64,000 nucleotides of DNA from Utricularia gibba (Eukaryota; Plantae; Magnoliophyta). The DNA is taken from positions 5,084,001 through 5,148,000 of the forward strand of contig CM007991.1 of the NCBI GenBank assembly GCA_002189035.1, in the 5' to 3' direction. A program made the position numbers and the translations under genes. Below are positions 25,847-39,197 of this stretch, piece by piece (the first letter of the stretch is position 1; the number at the start of each line of letters is the position of its first letter). The notes below the pieces were generated by a model. The model saw only the letters and a program-made list of their open reading frames with translations. It was not told the DNA's origin and made no database searches.

Positions 25847-27335
25847 TGTTAGTGTATGTATTCTAGAGACAATCAACTCATTGGCAAATCTTATCTTTAG
25901 ATATTTACTTTGATTTGTGATTAAATTCATATCATTGATAAAATCCTCTACTTATCTATGTGCTATAGAAATTATGATGAGATCATCATGTGAGATTCTT
26001 CAAACATTTATGTTCAAGTTAAAAATTCCCTGGCTAGAGTATTTGTGAAATGAGGATATCACAAATATGGATAAGCTGGCACATATTGAGTTCCCTAAAT
26101 TGTTTAGGCAATAGTTCTCACAATTGATGTAATGAGATTACTAGAACCTATCTGTGGGTGTTGATTAGAGAATTGATTCACTGGATGAATCATCTACGAG
26201 GTGCTACAATGGGAAGCTAACTAAATGTCAGTAGCAAGATCTTCAATATGACAGTCGTGCAAATAAGCTTAGACTTGAGGTCAACAAAGTTATCTTGATC
26301 TTAAGCTCACATTTTCGCTCATTACTAATGGGACTCTAACCATGACTTTCCTAGTATGGATGAGAAGGGTTATGACTCCTTAAGGTTGGAGATAGTTGAT
26401 TGATCAATAAAGGATTCATCACTCATGTTAGCTATGAGATCTTATCTCAATTAATTGCATCAAAGCCATTTTGGGCCTAGGGTAATGACACTCAAAGAGT
26501 TTGAGTAGGTCATTGAGTGTTAGTGCTTAAATGCACATATAAGTTAGATACATTAGAAAGACACATACTCATGTTCTGTTATCGAATGTGATATAAATAT
26601 GATGAAATCTATTCATTGCATGGTGGCTAGTCATGGAAAGGCTCAATTAGTTCACCTAATTATTCTTACATCTTGGGGATCATGATATATTCCTAGACAT
26701 CACTCATGATCGATAATGATGGATTTGATTAATTAAGAGTTAATTAATAAATCCATTATTATAGCCTTGATTGAAGAAGCCTATAGGGTCACACACGATA
26801 CTGGAGTCACTCATCGATATAAAATAGAATGACGCAATTACATGCGATGCAATTGGTAGAGTGGATAAATTAAATAGTGAGGTATTTTGAGATTAATAGT
26901 GACTAAGCTCAAAATGAATGATCTAATATAGATAAGATTGGGAACATATATGTATCTCCACAAGATAAAATCTTTATGGGGATTTGATTTGATATGTTAC
27001 CAAATATCTATTAGAAAGATGTGATCTACACATCTTCCTATATATTCGTGCTCTTTGAGACTGATCCGCAAGGGGGTGATTTTCTCTACTAGCACCTGAG
27101 GAGATCGATCATCATTTTTCTACCTTCAGAAGGTTATCAACGGAGTGCTTCACGTGTGGATAGCGTATAGGCCATCTACTATTGGCGGTAGGTGAACAAT
27201 GGAGTGCTCTTAAAGGTATTCGCAGTATCCCTTTATCTAATGTATACCGCATTCCAAGATCTGTGTTTGGAGTTTCTCAAAAAATTTCAAATTTTGGTGC
27301 TTTTTTGACATGTGATGTCTATGAGAAACCCAATA
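25847..27335 (+). mobile_element. Copia-type solo LTR inserted in gypsy pol
   Basis: TGTTAGTG...GAAACCCAATA termini. Flanks TCAGG and CTAGG both derive from CCAGG. Removing the LTR restores the PWYADIVNFL motif. Confidence 0.93.
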
Positions 27336-30333
27336 CTAGGGACTTCCATCATGGATCATAAATAAGTGCTCATCAGGGAAGTTGTCATCAATGGGGCTGG
27401 ATGCTTCTCTAGAGGTGATGCGGCTAACATGATCTGCCACTAAAATCTCGCATCCCTTCTTGTCTCGAATTACTAGATGGAACTCTTGGAGCAATAGGAT
27501 CCATCTGATAAGATGGGGTTTCGAATCCTTTTTGTTGAGGAGATACCTCAACGCTGCATGATCAGAGTAGACAATAATCGTGGCTCCAAGCAAGTAGGGT
27601 CTGAATTTTTCCAATGCAAAGATGATGGCCAAAAGCTCCTTCTCTATTGTTGTATAATTCCGCTGTGCATCATCCAGACACTTTGAGGCGTAGTGGATCA
27701 CATGTGAATCCTTGTCCAGCTTTTGTCCAAGGACTGCTCCTAATGCTACATCACTAGTGTCACACATTAGCTCAAAAGGAAAATTCCAGTTAGGTGCCTA
27801 AATGATGGGGGCCGAAATAAGTCTTTCCTTCAAAGTATCAAAAGCTAACTGAAAATTTTCATCAAAAGTGAAATCAACATCTTTGGGTAACAAGGCACAT
27901 AAGAGAGATGCAATTTTCGAAAAATCTTGGATAAACCTTCTATAGAATTCTGCATGAACAAGAAAGGAACGAATGTCCCGAACACAAGTAGGGTAAGGCA
28001 TATTTCGGATTACCTCAACCTTTGCTTTGTCCACTTCAATCCCTCTCTTGGAAGCTACATCTCCCAAGATGATTCCTTGCTCAACCATAAAATGACACTT
28101 CTCGTAGTTAAGCACAAGGTTAGTATCAACACATCTTTTCAAAATCAAAGACAAATTTTCTAAGTATTCATCAAAACTATTTCCATAAACAGTGAAATCA
28201 TCCATAAAGACCTCAATTTCTTCCACATACTTCGAAAAGATACTCACCATGCATCATTGGAAAGTGGCTGGTGCATTGCATAGTCCAAATGGCATCCTAT
28301 GATAGGCAAAAGTTCCAAAAGGTCAAACAAAAACTACCTTGGATTGATCTTCGAGAGCCATGGGAATTTGGTAGAAACTGGAGTATCCATCCAAGCAACA
28401 ATAATGGCTCTTATCTACAAGTTGTTCAAGCATTTGGTCTATAAAAGGAAGGGGATAGTGGTCTTTCCTGATGGGCGGAATTAAGCTTGCGATAGTCCAC
28501 ACACATCCTCCAACCATTCTGCACTCTTGTGAGAATCAGATCCCCTTGTTCATTGCTCATCACTATGATACCAGTCTTCTTTGGGACAACCTACACAGGA
28601 CTAACCCACTCACTATCAAAGATAGGATAAATGATATCTGCGGATAGCAGCTTCAAAATCTCCTTCTTGACCACTTCCACCATTGGGGGTTCAGTCTCCT
28701 CTGTGGCTATCAGATGGGCTTCATCCCCTCCTCTAGGTAAATCCTGTGAGTGCAAACAGAAGGGCTTATCCCTTTGATGTCAGCTAGAGTCCATCCAATT
28801 GCTTGTTTGTGCTCCTGAAGCACAGCCTTGAGCTTCTCCTCATGTTCCAAGGTTAGTGAACTAGAAACAATAACTGGTGGGTCTCATCATCATCAAGAAA
28901 CAAATATTTCAAATGTTCGGGCAAAGTCTTTAACTCTAATGATGGTGCTCGAATAACGGAGGGCACTAGCGGCTTGCTAGGTGTTTCCAAGCTAAGAAAA
29001 GAAACATCTTGCACATCAGGTTCATCGAGTGGATCGTTTGAATGATGAAAAATTTCAAGATCAGGGAGAGAAAAAATCTTCAGGTTGAGAAATTTTCGTG
29101 TCTAAATCATATTCGAGCCCTTGTTCATAGATCATTGCATAGTGATCAGTGTCATTTTGGCATGTGGAGATTGCATGTATTTCAATGATCTGATCAAGAT
29201 GCTTCATGGCTTTGTCAAGATTGAAGTCCAGCACCTATCCACTAAACTGAAGACTGATGGTGCCTGCTTGAATATCAATCTTTGTTTCTGCAGTAGCTAT
29301 GAATGGTCATCCCAAAAAAAATAGACTTCGAAACCTTAGGGTCATCACTCTCCATAGGAATGACCAAAAAGTCAGCTGGAAAGACTAAATCTTTTACATG
29401 AACAAAAACATCATCAATGCAACCATTTGGTGTAACTGCTGATCTATCTACTAATTGACATACAATACTTGTCAATTGAAGTTTGCCTAACTTAGATGCA
29501 AGAAGAAGTAAAGAGATCTAGGCATAACATTGACCGAGGCACCAAGATCACACATAGCTACTGAAATCATTGTATCTCCAATGGTAACAGGAATTGAGAA
29601 CATACCGAGGTCCTTACACTTACGTGGTATTCTCCTTTGAATGATGGCTGAAATGTTTTCAGTCAAAGGATTCATTTCTTGTTCCACCTTTGCTTTCTTC
29701 TTCGAGTCACATCGGTCCTTCAAAAACATGGCATGTTTGGGGACCTGTTCATTCATATCAAGAAGAGGAATGGAGACATTAATTTTTTTCATCATCTCTA
29801 TGAAAGTTTTTAGTCCTTTCTTGTTCTTGTTCCTTCTTCGAAGCCTCATCGGGAAGGTTGGTGGTATGACTAATGGTTTGGCTTGAGGAATTTCACTTTC
29901 ATCCTTCTCCTGAACATCTTCGAGTGGCTTCAAAAGATCATTGTTCTGTACTAGTGAGTCATATGGATTCTCACAAATGATCTCTTTGTGGACATCAGAA
30001 TCACTGTCTATGACTTCCAACTCCTTTTCTTTAGATTTATCCACCTTATTTGTGAACCATAGGTAAGGGTCTGGCAGGTCAGTTCCACTTCTCAACGAGA
30101 TGGCATTAATGTGCTTTGGATTCTGCACTAGTTGTGATGGCAATGCTCCCTTCATTTCTAAACGGTTCATTGCTTGCGCAAGCTAAGTAATCTGGCCTTG
30201 TATGCTAGTGATTTGGCCCTTCATATCCTTCTGCTCAGCATGCATCTTGGAGGTTCTTTCATCTAGAGATTTGACCATGGCCTCTAAACTGTAGTTCGAT
30301 TGAGGACAAGTCTAACGTCGCTGTAGCATAGTG

Positions 30334-31438
30334 TGATAGCACATAGATTTTTCCGTTTTTATGATATGAAAATCGCAAATTTTTAATTATCTCTAGTTTT
30401 TTATTTTATAGTTTTATGTATTTTTACATAACTTAGGAAAATGTGATTTTTTGTGTGTTAGTGGGCTAAATCCTTTGATTTAGGCTACCTCATGTTCTAA
30501 CTCGATTTTGAGTCTAGCAGCAAACCCAAAATCATGGAAGAAACAAGGATTTTGTGCAAGTCACCAGGCTGCATGGAGCAATGAATACACTGTCGTGGCG
30601 GTAGTTTACAAGTCAAGGGTAGGAGCAAGATAGCTTTCAAAGATTGTACTTACTTTGAAAAGTGAGAGGAGAGAGAAGGATGAGGAGAGAGAATCACAAG
30701 GGAGTGGTAGCAGTTTTCAACATACACACGAGGGGTATCTCCCCAAACTCGAACACGAAGAATATTGAACCAAAAGGAGAAAGAAGGGCGATTTTCTAAA
30801 GAAAAACCTCCGATGTGAAGAACAAAGATCAACTCCCAGTGCAGTGCTACTGTTCTAGCCTGTGAACAGTAGGAGATGGAAACCAGAACTCTTGCTACTT
30901 TACTTTCGTTTGTTGATGTTTTTAGTTTTTGCAACCACCTCTTTCATGATGTTCTTGACACTTTTGTCACTTTATCTTAATGTTATCATATTTTTCCATC
31001 CAAGTATGAGTAGCTAGAACCCTATGGATGCCTTAAGGTAAAGCATGGTGGTGTGGATCTAGGGTTAATAATAAAATTTATAGTTGTTTCTTAGTTCTTA
31101 TTTCTATCATTCCATGGGTAGACCTAAGGAGGGGCACAATTAACTTCACCAACTAAGAGGTAGACTAACAAATGAAGGTGGGAGCAGTAGGTATTAGTCC
31201 GGCGTAGAACCAGTAAAACCGGGTAGACCTAGTTCTATATACTTTCCATGCAGGTAGACCTAATTGCAATGTTGGTGATGACATTGATGACTAGCTTAGC
31301 CGAAAATATGATGAATGACCCCAAAATGCACTATACAAGTTTTCTGAATTTGTATTTTGTATGGATTAAGGCTTATAAATTTATTTGATACAAAAATTTG
31401 ATTTTATTGCAATGAAATTGCTAAATTTTCGTTTATCA
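30334..31438 (+). mobile_element. Unpaired Athila-like LTR (family of 39198-40535)
   Basis: TGATAGCAC...AAATTTTCGTTTATCA termini. It shares CCATGGGTAGACCTAAGGAG and GCAATGTTGGT...GACATT with 39830-40150. No convincing TSD. Confidence 0.8.
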
Positions 31439-33049
31439 CAATACCTCGCATAGTCAAATCTAGATTATAACCACCTAATCCTATCCATTGGTATGTAAAT
31501 AACTTCTCCATGAATCTGCTTCACTATATGCCTTCATCAGCAACTTCATTGATAAGTCAAGTTTTTCAGCTTCTTTTCAACATCCTTTCCTAAACTTGAC
31601 TGCTTTCTCATGACTATCTAGTATCTCAGTTTTCTGAACACATCCTCTTTTAAAGGTTTAATGGAGATGTCAGCAACTTGATCTTTACTCTTCAAATATA
31701 TCAGCTCAATTTGCTTTCTAGTAACTCTCGAATGTACCGAAATTTTGTTCCTATATGCTTGTTTCTTCCATGAAAAATTGGATTCTTCTCAAGAGCTACA
31801 CTAGACCTACTATCTATCATAATATTTGTCAGTTCAACCTATTTGATGCTAAGTTCTTCAGGTACAAAATGCAACCAAACCCCATGGTACACACGAGTTT
31901 GTAAAAAACATATTCAGGTGCACTACTTGAAAGAGTGACAATAAATTGTTTATTTGAGACCCAAGAAAATGAAAAATTACTAAAGAAGTGAGAAAAACCA
32001 GAAGTATTCTTGCAATCAGCTTTACTTCCAGCACACTCACTATTACTATAACCTAAAGATACTAGAGTTCCAATACCATATCCCATATGCACAGTCTCTT
32101 TTAAGTATCTTAATATCCTTTTGACTACTTTTCAATGAACTTTGCCTTGTTTTAAATCCATCTCAATTGGTGTAGAAGCAATATCACAATCATCCATCTA
32201 AACCTTTTCAAGGAGTTCTTTGGTGAATTTTTTGTTGGCTAATGAAGATTCCAAAAGCGCTTACCTTTACTCATGAGCCCCAAGTGTCATTTCACATGTT
32301 TTTCTCATTTCTCTCTTTAAGGTTTCAATACTAGAAATGTCTAAACCCAGGACAAGGAGATCATCAACATAAAGGCATATTATTATGTTGTCACTTACTG
32401 CATTCATCTTCACATATATAGTTGGTTCATGTGGATACTTGAAAAAATGTTTGTCTAAAAAGCAATTGTCTATTTTCCTTTTCCAAGCTCTTAGAGCTTG
32501 CTTGAAGTCATAAAGATCTTTTTGTTTAGACACAAAACGAGGTCTTCCTTTCCTTTAGAGAGATAGGCTTGAGGTTGTTCGATATAAACTTCTTCTTGTG
32601 AGACATCATTTAAAAATGCTGTCTTTAAGTCAAGGTGGAACACTTTCCATGCGTTTTTTCCAGCAAGAGCTAAGATCAACCTCATTGTCTCCATCTTGGA
32701 AACTGAAGCAAAAAATTCATCATAATCAATGCCCTCTTGCTGCTTGTAACCCTTTGAACCAAGCCAAGCTTTGTGTCTTTCAATCTATCCATTAGCTTTC
32801 TTTTGATCTTGTAAACCCCCTTCACATCAGTGGCATCTCTATCAAATGGTTTGTAGTAATAATCCAAGTGTTATTTTTTATTATTGAGGCTATTTCTTCA
32901 TCCATATCCTTTTTCCATTCTAGAAAATCTAGAGCATCTTCAAAATACAAATTTTAGAATCCACTAAAAGACAGAGTTCAGCAGCATCATAAAGAATTTT
33001 TTCTTGCATTTGTGTAAATCTCATGATAGATCTCTTTTCTCTTGGACCT

Positions 33050-34297
33050 TGTTAAGTGTCATTTTCTACTTGTTTATTATATATTATTATGTGCTAGATT
33101 AGCATTAAGTTTACCCAAATTAGGAGTTATATTGGCAAGTATTTGTTTTTATTTTGTTGTCATTTTCATACACTTTGACTAAAATATGTTAGACTTGTAG
33201 GAGACTTGTAGGAGACTAGACACTGACCTTTCGTGCCTAACATGCGACTTGAACCAATTGTGGGTAAAAGACTAACACTAGTGAGGGCTCTTGACTTATG
33301 GTATGTCAGACTCTGTGGCAATGATTGGGTGCTTACTTGTATGTATAAGAAAGCTAGTTGCGCATGTAAGATAGAAAAAATGATGGAAAGAGAGCAGAGG
33401 AAGTTAATGTATGTGGAGAGTGAATTAAAACAAATTGGGAACAATTTGGATCCGACCTTTTTCTCACTTACTTTCACATTGGAACTTTTGGTTCTTCCTC
33501 TCCACCAAGGGAGGAAGAACACTTTACCTTTTTATTTTCATGGCCATTCGTGGCTAACCCTTTTTAGTTTTTTGGAATAGATAAAGTTTCCTTCTACGTC
33601 TTGAGCATCAATATTAGTTCTTTGTTGAATTTCTTCAGGATTTTGCATATTTCCATGCATCATGTTGTAGTCTTTCTATAACATCTTTTGGTCATGGTCC
33701 ATGAGTAGCAGGCCACTCCTCACAGATTTTGATGAAGAGCAAGGTGAAGAGCAGCATCATCTCTAGCCTTTCCAATTTGAGGGAAATAGTGAATTTTTTA
33801 TGATCAAGGTACCACAAGAGTCGTCCGGTAGTGACCTCGAACTCACCACTGGTCATTGGCCCACACATGCGCATAATTCGATTTTGAGGGCAATCGATGA
33901 CAATCCTCTTGTCCTCTCAATCATCCAAGGAGGAATCACATGAAGCTATTCCCCAGCTTCCTTGTCAATCAAAGTGTAAGGCAAAGTAGGTTATTCCTTG
34001 CTCTTATACCTAGTTATTCAGAAGGAATCAGTAAAAGCCAAGGCGAGGATCGATAAAAAGAGGAAATGGAATCTCGTTCCCAGGAACTGTTTCCCTTGGT
34101 CAATGTTCATTACTTATGTGTTATTTTATATTTCAATAGTTTTAAAACCCCATTTTACAAATTCATGACAATTTTTAAATGTCCAGTACAAAACACTTTC
34201 CACAAAACTCAACTTCCTGATATCTATACTCATACTACGCTCATCTGTGTTTTACATTTTTCTAAATTAAAATTAGTGGAGGAAACAATACGCAACA
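33050..34297 (+). mobile_element. Athila solo LTR with 5-bp TSD
   Basis: TGTTAAGTGTCATTTTCT...ATACGCAACA termini; flanks GACCT / GACAT (4/5 match). Confidence 0.9.
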
Positions 34298-35078
34298 GAC
34301 ATATAGCATTTGATACATCTATACTAGAAGAAGAAATGTCTTGATGCTATTGTGTTGTTGAATCATATGGGCCAGGAGAAACATTTCTAGCAATATCATC
34401 ATCAAGTTCTTTCAAAGTGACAAGATCACAAAACGTATAGTTTCGATTTTTTCTTTGTCAATCCCAACTTGAAGATTCATCAAAAACCACATTAGCATTG
34501 TGATGCATTTTATTTTACATAGGATAATAAAATTGATATCCTCTCAAATCATGATCATATTTAGAAAAAATCATTTTTCTACTTTTTTCAGTCAACTTTC
34601 CTCTTAATTGATCAGCAACATGAAAATTGGCCACACAAACAAAAATAAACTACCTCTGGTTTGATCCTTGTCCAAGCCTCCTATCAAGTCATATGAGGTA
34701 CACTCTTAGTCAAAGAGTGCTTAGAAGAAATATAGCGGTATATGGTGCATACCCCCATACTCCTTTAGCATCCTTTGGGCATGCCCCTTACCATATTCAT
34801 CTCCTTCTTGTTTCTTCTCTCGAATATGAGGGGAGTAGGCAGTTGCAAGAGGTTTTCTTAGACCAACAATTTTACAAAACTCTTGTTTCTTCACTTTAGT
34901 TTGTGTCTAGGATTAGAATTTTTTGAAAGTATCAAACACTTCAGATTTGAACTTTAGGATACAAATCAACATTTTTCTTAAATAATCATCATCAATTAGT
35001 AAGAAGTATTTATTTCCTTCAATAGAAAGCATTTTCATAGGATCACACACATCAGCATGAGCTAGTTCAAGAGGCACC

Positions 35079-36245
35079 TGATAACACCATTTTTATTGTG
35101 TTTTTATATGTGTTTTTAGGTATGTTTTGTAGGGTTAAATGTTGTTTAGTGTGCTAACTTGTCTCCTTTTTTGTAATTAGTTTGTTGAAATGTGTTTATT
35201 GTGAAAATAGGCTTAATTGGCAACAATTGAACTAAAAACTCTCATTTTTCCTCTAGTATGTGTTTAAGTGTTAATAGGATAAGAGTTAGTATTGTAGCAG
35301 CACATTTCCACGTTGAAAAGTCAAAAGAAGCAGAAAAGCTGAGAAAAAGCCACTTTTTGCGAAAGCAGCTACCTTCTGACAAGATAACATCTAGAGCAGA
35401 GATCTTACTTCTAGAACCCCATGGAAAAGATGGAGATACCCTTATTTTGAGTGAGAAAAGGAAAGAGGAAGAGGAAAGAGAGAGAGAGAACAGTAGCGGG
35501 GCGGTGAGCAGGGAGAAATGTGTTTCTTCGGCGAACAGCTTCGGCAGCCTATAGATCTACTTCTCTAGACCATGTTTCTGCCTAAAACTTCGATTTTCTG
35601 TAGATCTACCACCTAGAGAAACAGCTTGACTATTTATTTCAGCATTATGTGCTTAGATTTTCATTGTCGAACATGCTACTGTTATTTTCCGTGTTTCATT
35701 GCTTCTTGTTATGTTTGTGGTACTTTTTTGTGAACGAGAAACTTAATATGGACCTTATTTAAGCTTATGAACATGTTCCCGTTTAAGCACTTCGTGTTTG
35801 CTTTTAAGTTTAACATATTATTTACTATACCCGCGACCCTTTGCCTTATTTTAAAGCATGCTAAAACTGGGTTTAAGCCTATGGGTTTTAAAGACACAAG
35901 AGTCAGATCATAGTCTAAAACCCATCCAAATCACTTTCATTTTATGGCTCTGCACATTCCTGTTAATTTATATGCCTCTTCGTGCCTGCAACTCGTTTAT
36001 TTCAGCTACTACTATTTTATTTCTTACGTGCATTATAGCTAAACCCCCAGAAAAACCCCTCTGTTTTTAGTAAATGTGATCAACTTCAGGAAATTGCAAC
36101 CATTCCTTGTGAATTCGACCCTTACTTACTACACTACATTAACTCCTGTGATTTGTGTAGTAGAATAGTTAGGTTTATAAATTTCTTTTGATGCGTTGAA
36201 TGTGCTAGACTACGACATTTAGCAATCCCATTCTAAAGTTCATCA
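35079..36245 (+). mobile_element. Athila solo LTR with 5-bp TSD, inserted just upstream of the copia integrase core
   Basis: TGATAACACC...AAAGTTCATCA termini; flanks GCACC / ACACC (4/5 match). Copia sequence resumes on both sides. Confidence 0.92.
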
Positions 36246-39197
36246 ACACCATTGCTCTATAAGTAACTGCCTTGGAGATAATATTTCGAGTGTGTTCCCC
36301 TGTAAGACATCCTTTACATAGTTCACTAGGATGGCAAATTTGAGGAAGACCAAGTGCTATTCTTTTCTTATTAGGAACATGTAAGTGGTCAAAATTTACT
36401 AGCCGAGACCTTATTAGGACAAATTGTCTTCATTTTGGGAATAAACAATCTATTAGAATTCATATGAAGATGAGCCAAATTATCACTACCTTCTTTAGTA
36501 AGCACCAGCATTTTTCCTTTTGAATAAATTTAATACCCTATTTCTAGCAACTAATCCAAACTCAAGATACATCAAAGATAAGCTTATGACTTTCATCTTC
36601 CAACTTCATCAAAATGGAGCATTTTCTTGCAACTTTCGGCTTTGAGTTGTGTCCTTGTGATATTTCTCCATGGTGACTCTCATTAAGAGTAGAGAGTATC
36701 CTTTTGTACGCACACATATGGCTGCTACCACCAAAATCCAAGTATCATCTTGAAAAATCAGGATTTTCTTCTCTAAAAGCCATCAGCGAAATTGGATTGT
36801 CTTCTTGAGTGAAATTAAATTGCTGAAGTTCTTGTTTGTTTCTACATTCCCAGGTATAGTGACCCTTTTTTTGACATGAACAACACTCAATAGTAGATTT
36901 ATTTCTAGACCTTGGATTATTAAATATTGCATTACCTCTTGATTTCCAATTGCCTTGCCTCTCCAATTCCATCTTCCTCACAATGGTTGTGAAGACATTT
37001 CTTCACCAAACTTTCCATGACCATTATTGTTCTCTTTATTTGCATACAGACTTCCTCGTTCGCTCCCTCTTTCATAGAAACTTCTTCCTTGACCTCTTCT
37101 CCTTCTTGTACTATCTTGCTCCTGAGGTTTTGTAGTTTTCTCTTACGAAAGTTGAGGAGATTCTTCATCTCTTTCACCTCAGCATGCATAGGGACATAAC
37201 TCATCAATGGACATTTCACTTCAATCATTGGCCTATTCAATGGCCCTCGTAATATTATCATATTTTTTGTCAAGAGATCTCATCACTTTCTACACTATTC
37301 TTTCATCACTTATCTCCTCCCCTTGTCACATTTGATTTGTGATCATCTACATCCGTACCACATTTCAAAGCACCTTCACTTGATTTCTACTTTAGCCCTT
37401 CAAATTTTCCTTTAAAGATTGCAACTTTACGATCTTCACTTTATCAACTCCTTGGAAAGAAGCCCACAACATCTCCCATGTTTGCTTTGAAGTAGTAGCC
37501 TTTGCTACCTTGTCAAAAAGCTTCCCATCCAGTGCTTGGTAAATTAATGACTGAGATTTCTTATGGCTTTTCTACCCTACAGCATTCCTCTCAACTAGAG
37601 TCTCAAAGATCACATCCAAGCACTCATATGCACCAATAGTGCTTGCATTTTGAAGGCACCAAATCTCAAAATTTTCTTTATTAAGTTTAGGGCTGGAAGA
37701 TTCACACTAGCCATCATGAACTAGCTCTAATATGGATTTGTTGTAAACAAAGGAAGCCAACTTTGTTAAATTTTGGTTTTGTGGTGCACAATTGAAAATA
37801 TTATTGAGGGAGTATATGTAAAACCCTCAGAGAAAATTATCTTGTACATCACTTTTGAGCATATTAATTCAACTAAATAGAATCTTATGAATTTGTTGTG
37901 GTCACTTTTAGCATAGCCTACAATGCCATTCTCAAAAGGGCAGATATCGACACTATTATGAGTGATTTAGATACTTTGCTTTATTAAGGTGTGCCCATAA
38001 CATTTAATGTGCTAGAGATCCAAGAAAGCAAGATAAATAGACAATGATGTGATGACTTGAAAAACTAAAAAAAGCGAAGGTGCTTTCACATTAGGAAAAG
38101 GATTTCAACTGATGAAAATGTGACACAAAAATAGGTTACTTCTAAGTGTTTATTGTAAAATTTGTTGAAGGTGAACTTTTCTAGGTTGCTCTCTCCTTTT
38201 CCAGCTTTCTTTGTCCATGAAAAAATGACTAGATGTCCATGCTCTCCCCTTTTTCTCCATCGTATAACTAGCGAAACATCTTACGGTTGGAGGGGTTTTT
38301 CTTCTTTTAGCTAATTACTCTATCTTAACTTCCCTAAAGGTAATTAATACTCATATGTTTAGGAAAAGTAGTTGTCATCCCAATCGTTGGGATGAGAACT
38401 CCTAGTTGATCACTAAGGTCTTACTAGAATCCTTAATATCCTATTAGGCCTAATTGATGGCTATAAAGTTCATTGGAATACACACTGGAAGGTTTTTGAA
38501 TAGGGGACTAAAGGACTTATCAAGTGGAGCCCAACTATTATCTTGATGGGACAATTTGAGCATCACTATGAACACCTTGTTGGGCCTTAATGTAATCTTC
38601 TTGATGATTAATTCAAGGAGGTTATCCTCCCTCTATAACACTAGTCCCTTGGGCCCCAAAAATATATTGTTATGAAGTTGTGGGTTCAACTTGTTACATT
38701 GGTGAACATGTTCTAAGTAGACATGGAATGTCACCTCGCTCCCTTATGTGCTTTGGGGGAGATTGAAAAGGGAAAGGTGACTTGCATCTATAGGGTTTTT
38801 AGAGAGCTCCTAACAAGAGTGAGGTAACTCGTTGAGGTAAAAGGCTCCATAATGGATTTAAGTGTATTGCACAGAGTTGGATTTTGCAAGTATGCAATCA
38901 TGACTCTTTTTTAACTCCTTTTAATTTCAAATGCCTTTTCACATTCCTATTAGTTTTTTTGGTGCTTCCCATTCACACTCTGGAAATTTCTATTCAAGTT
39001 TCTCTGTTCAAATGTAATTTCCAATTCTTTTGATCTCTTAATCGATTCACAAAAGCCCTCTCTTATCTTGAGTGTAAGAACTTAGACCTCATTTACCTCT
39101 AAGATATGTAGAAGGCTTCAATGATGATGAGGCTGAGGAAAGGAAGAACAAGCTCCTTTCATTGGCCTCAACCTTTGTGGGGCTCTGATATGTCACT

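Larger units (their letters stand above)
22640..30310 (-). mobile_element. Athila-type gypsy internal region (gag C-terminus, protease, RT, RNase H, integrase, post-pol ORF relic) with two nested solo LTRs
   Basis: AMCDLGASVNVMP (~29540), RT VFMDDFTVYG (27798-28250), RNase [16 protein letters not shown] (27336-27767), integrase HELPCGGHF / WGIEFMGPFP (25121-25774), integrase C-terminus (24560-25084), and an acidic post-pol relic (22640-23168, 24306-24530). Confidence 0.92.
31440..38150 (-). mobile_element. Degenerate Ty1/copia element with two nested Athila solo LTRs
   Basis: gag start near 37715 (ENFEIWCLQM-like), zinc knuckle CCSCQKKGHYTWEC (~36870), integrase PLELAHADVCDPM (~35070), RT FHLDLKTAFLN and ICLYVDDLL (32270-32870), RNase H VTLSSSAPEY (~31920). 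The 5' LTR ends at ~37739 next to a degenerate Met-type PBS; its upper boundary is approximate. Confidence 0.85.

Noticed and set aside
38200-39190. Possible gypsy gag relic on the minus strand (with 40536-41128)
   Set aside because: Only faint similarity by manual translation, not enough to call.
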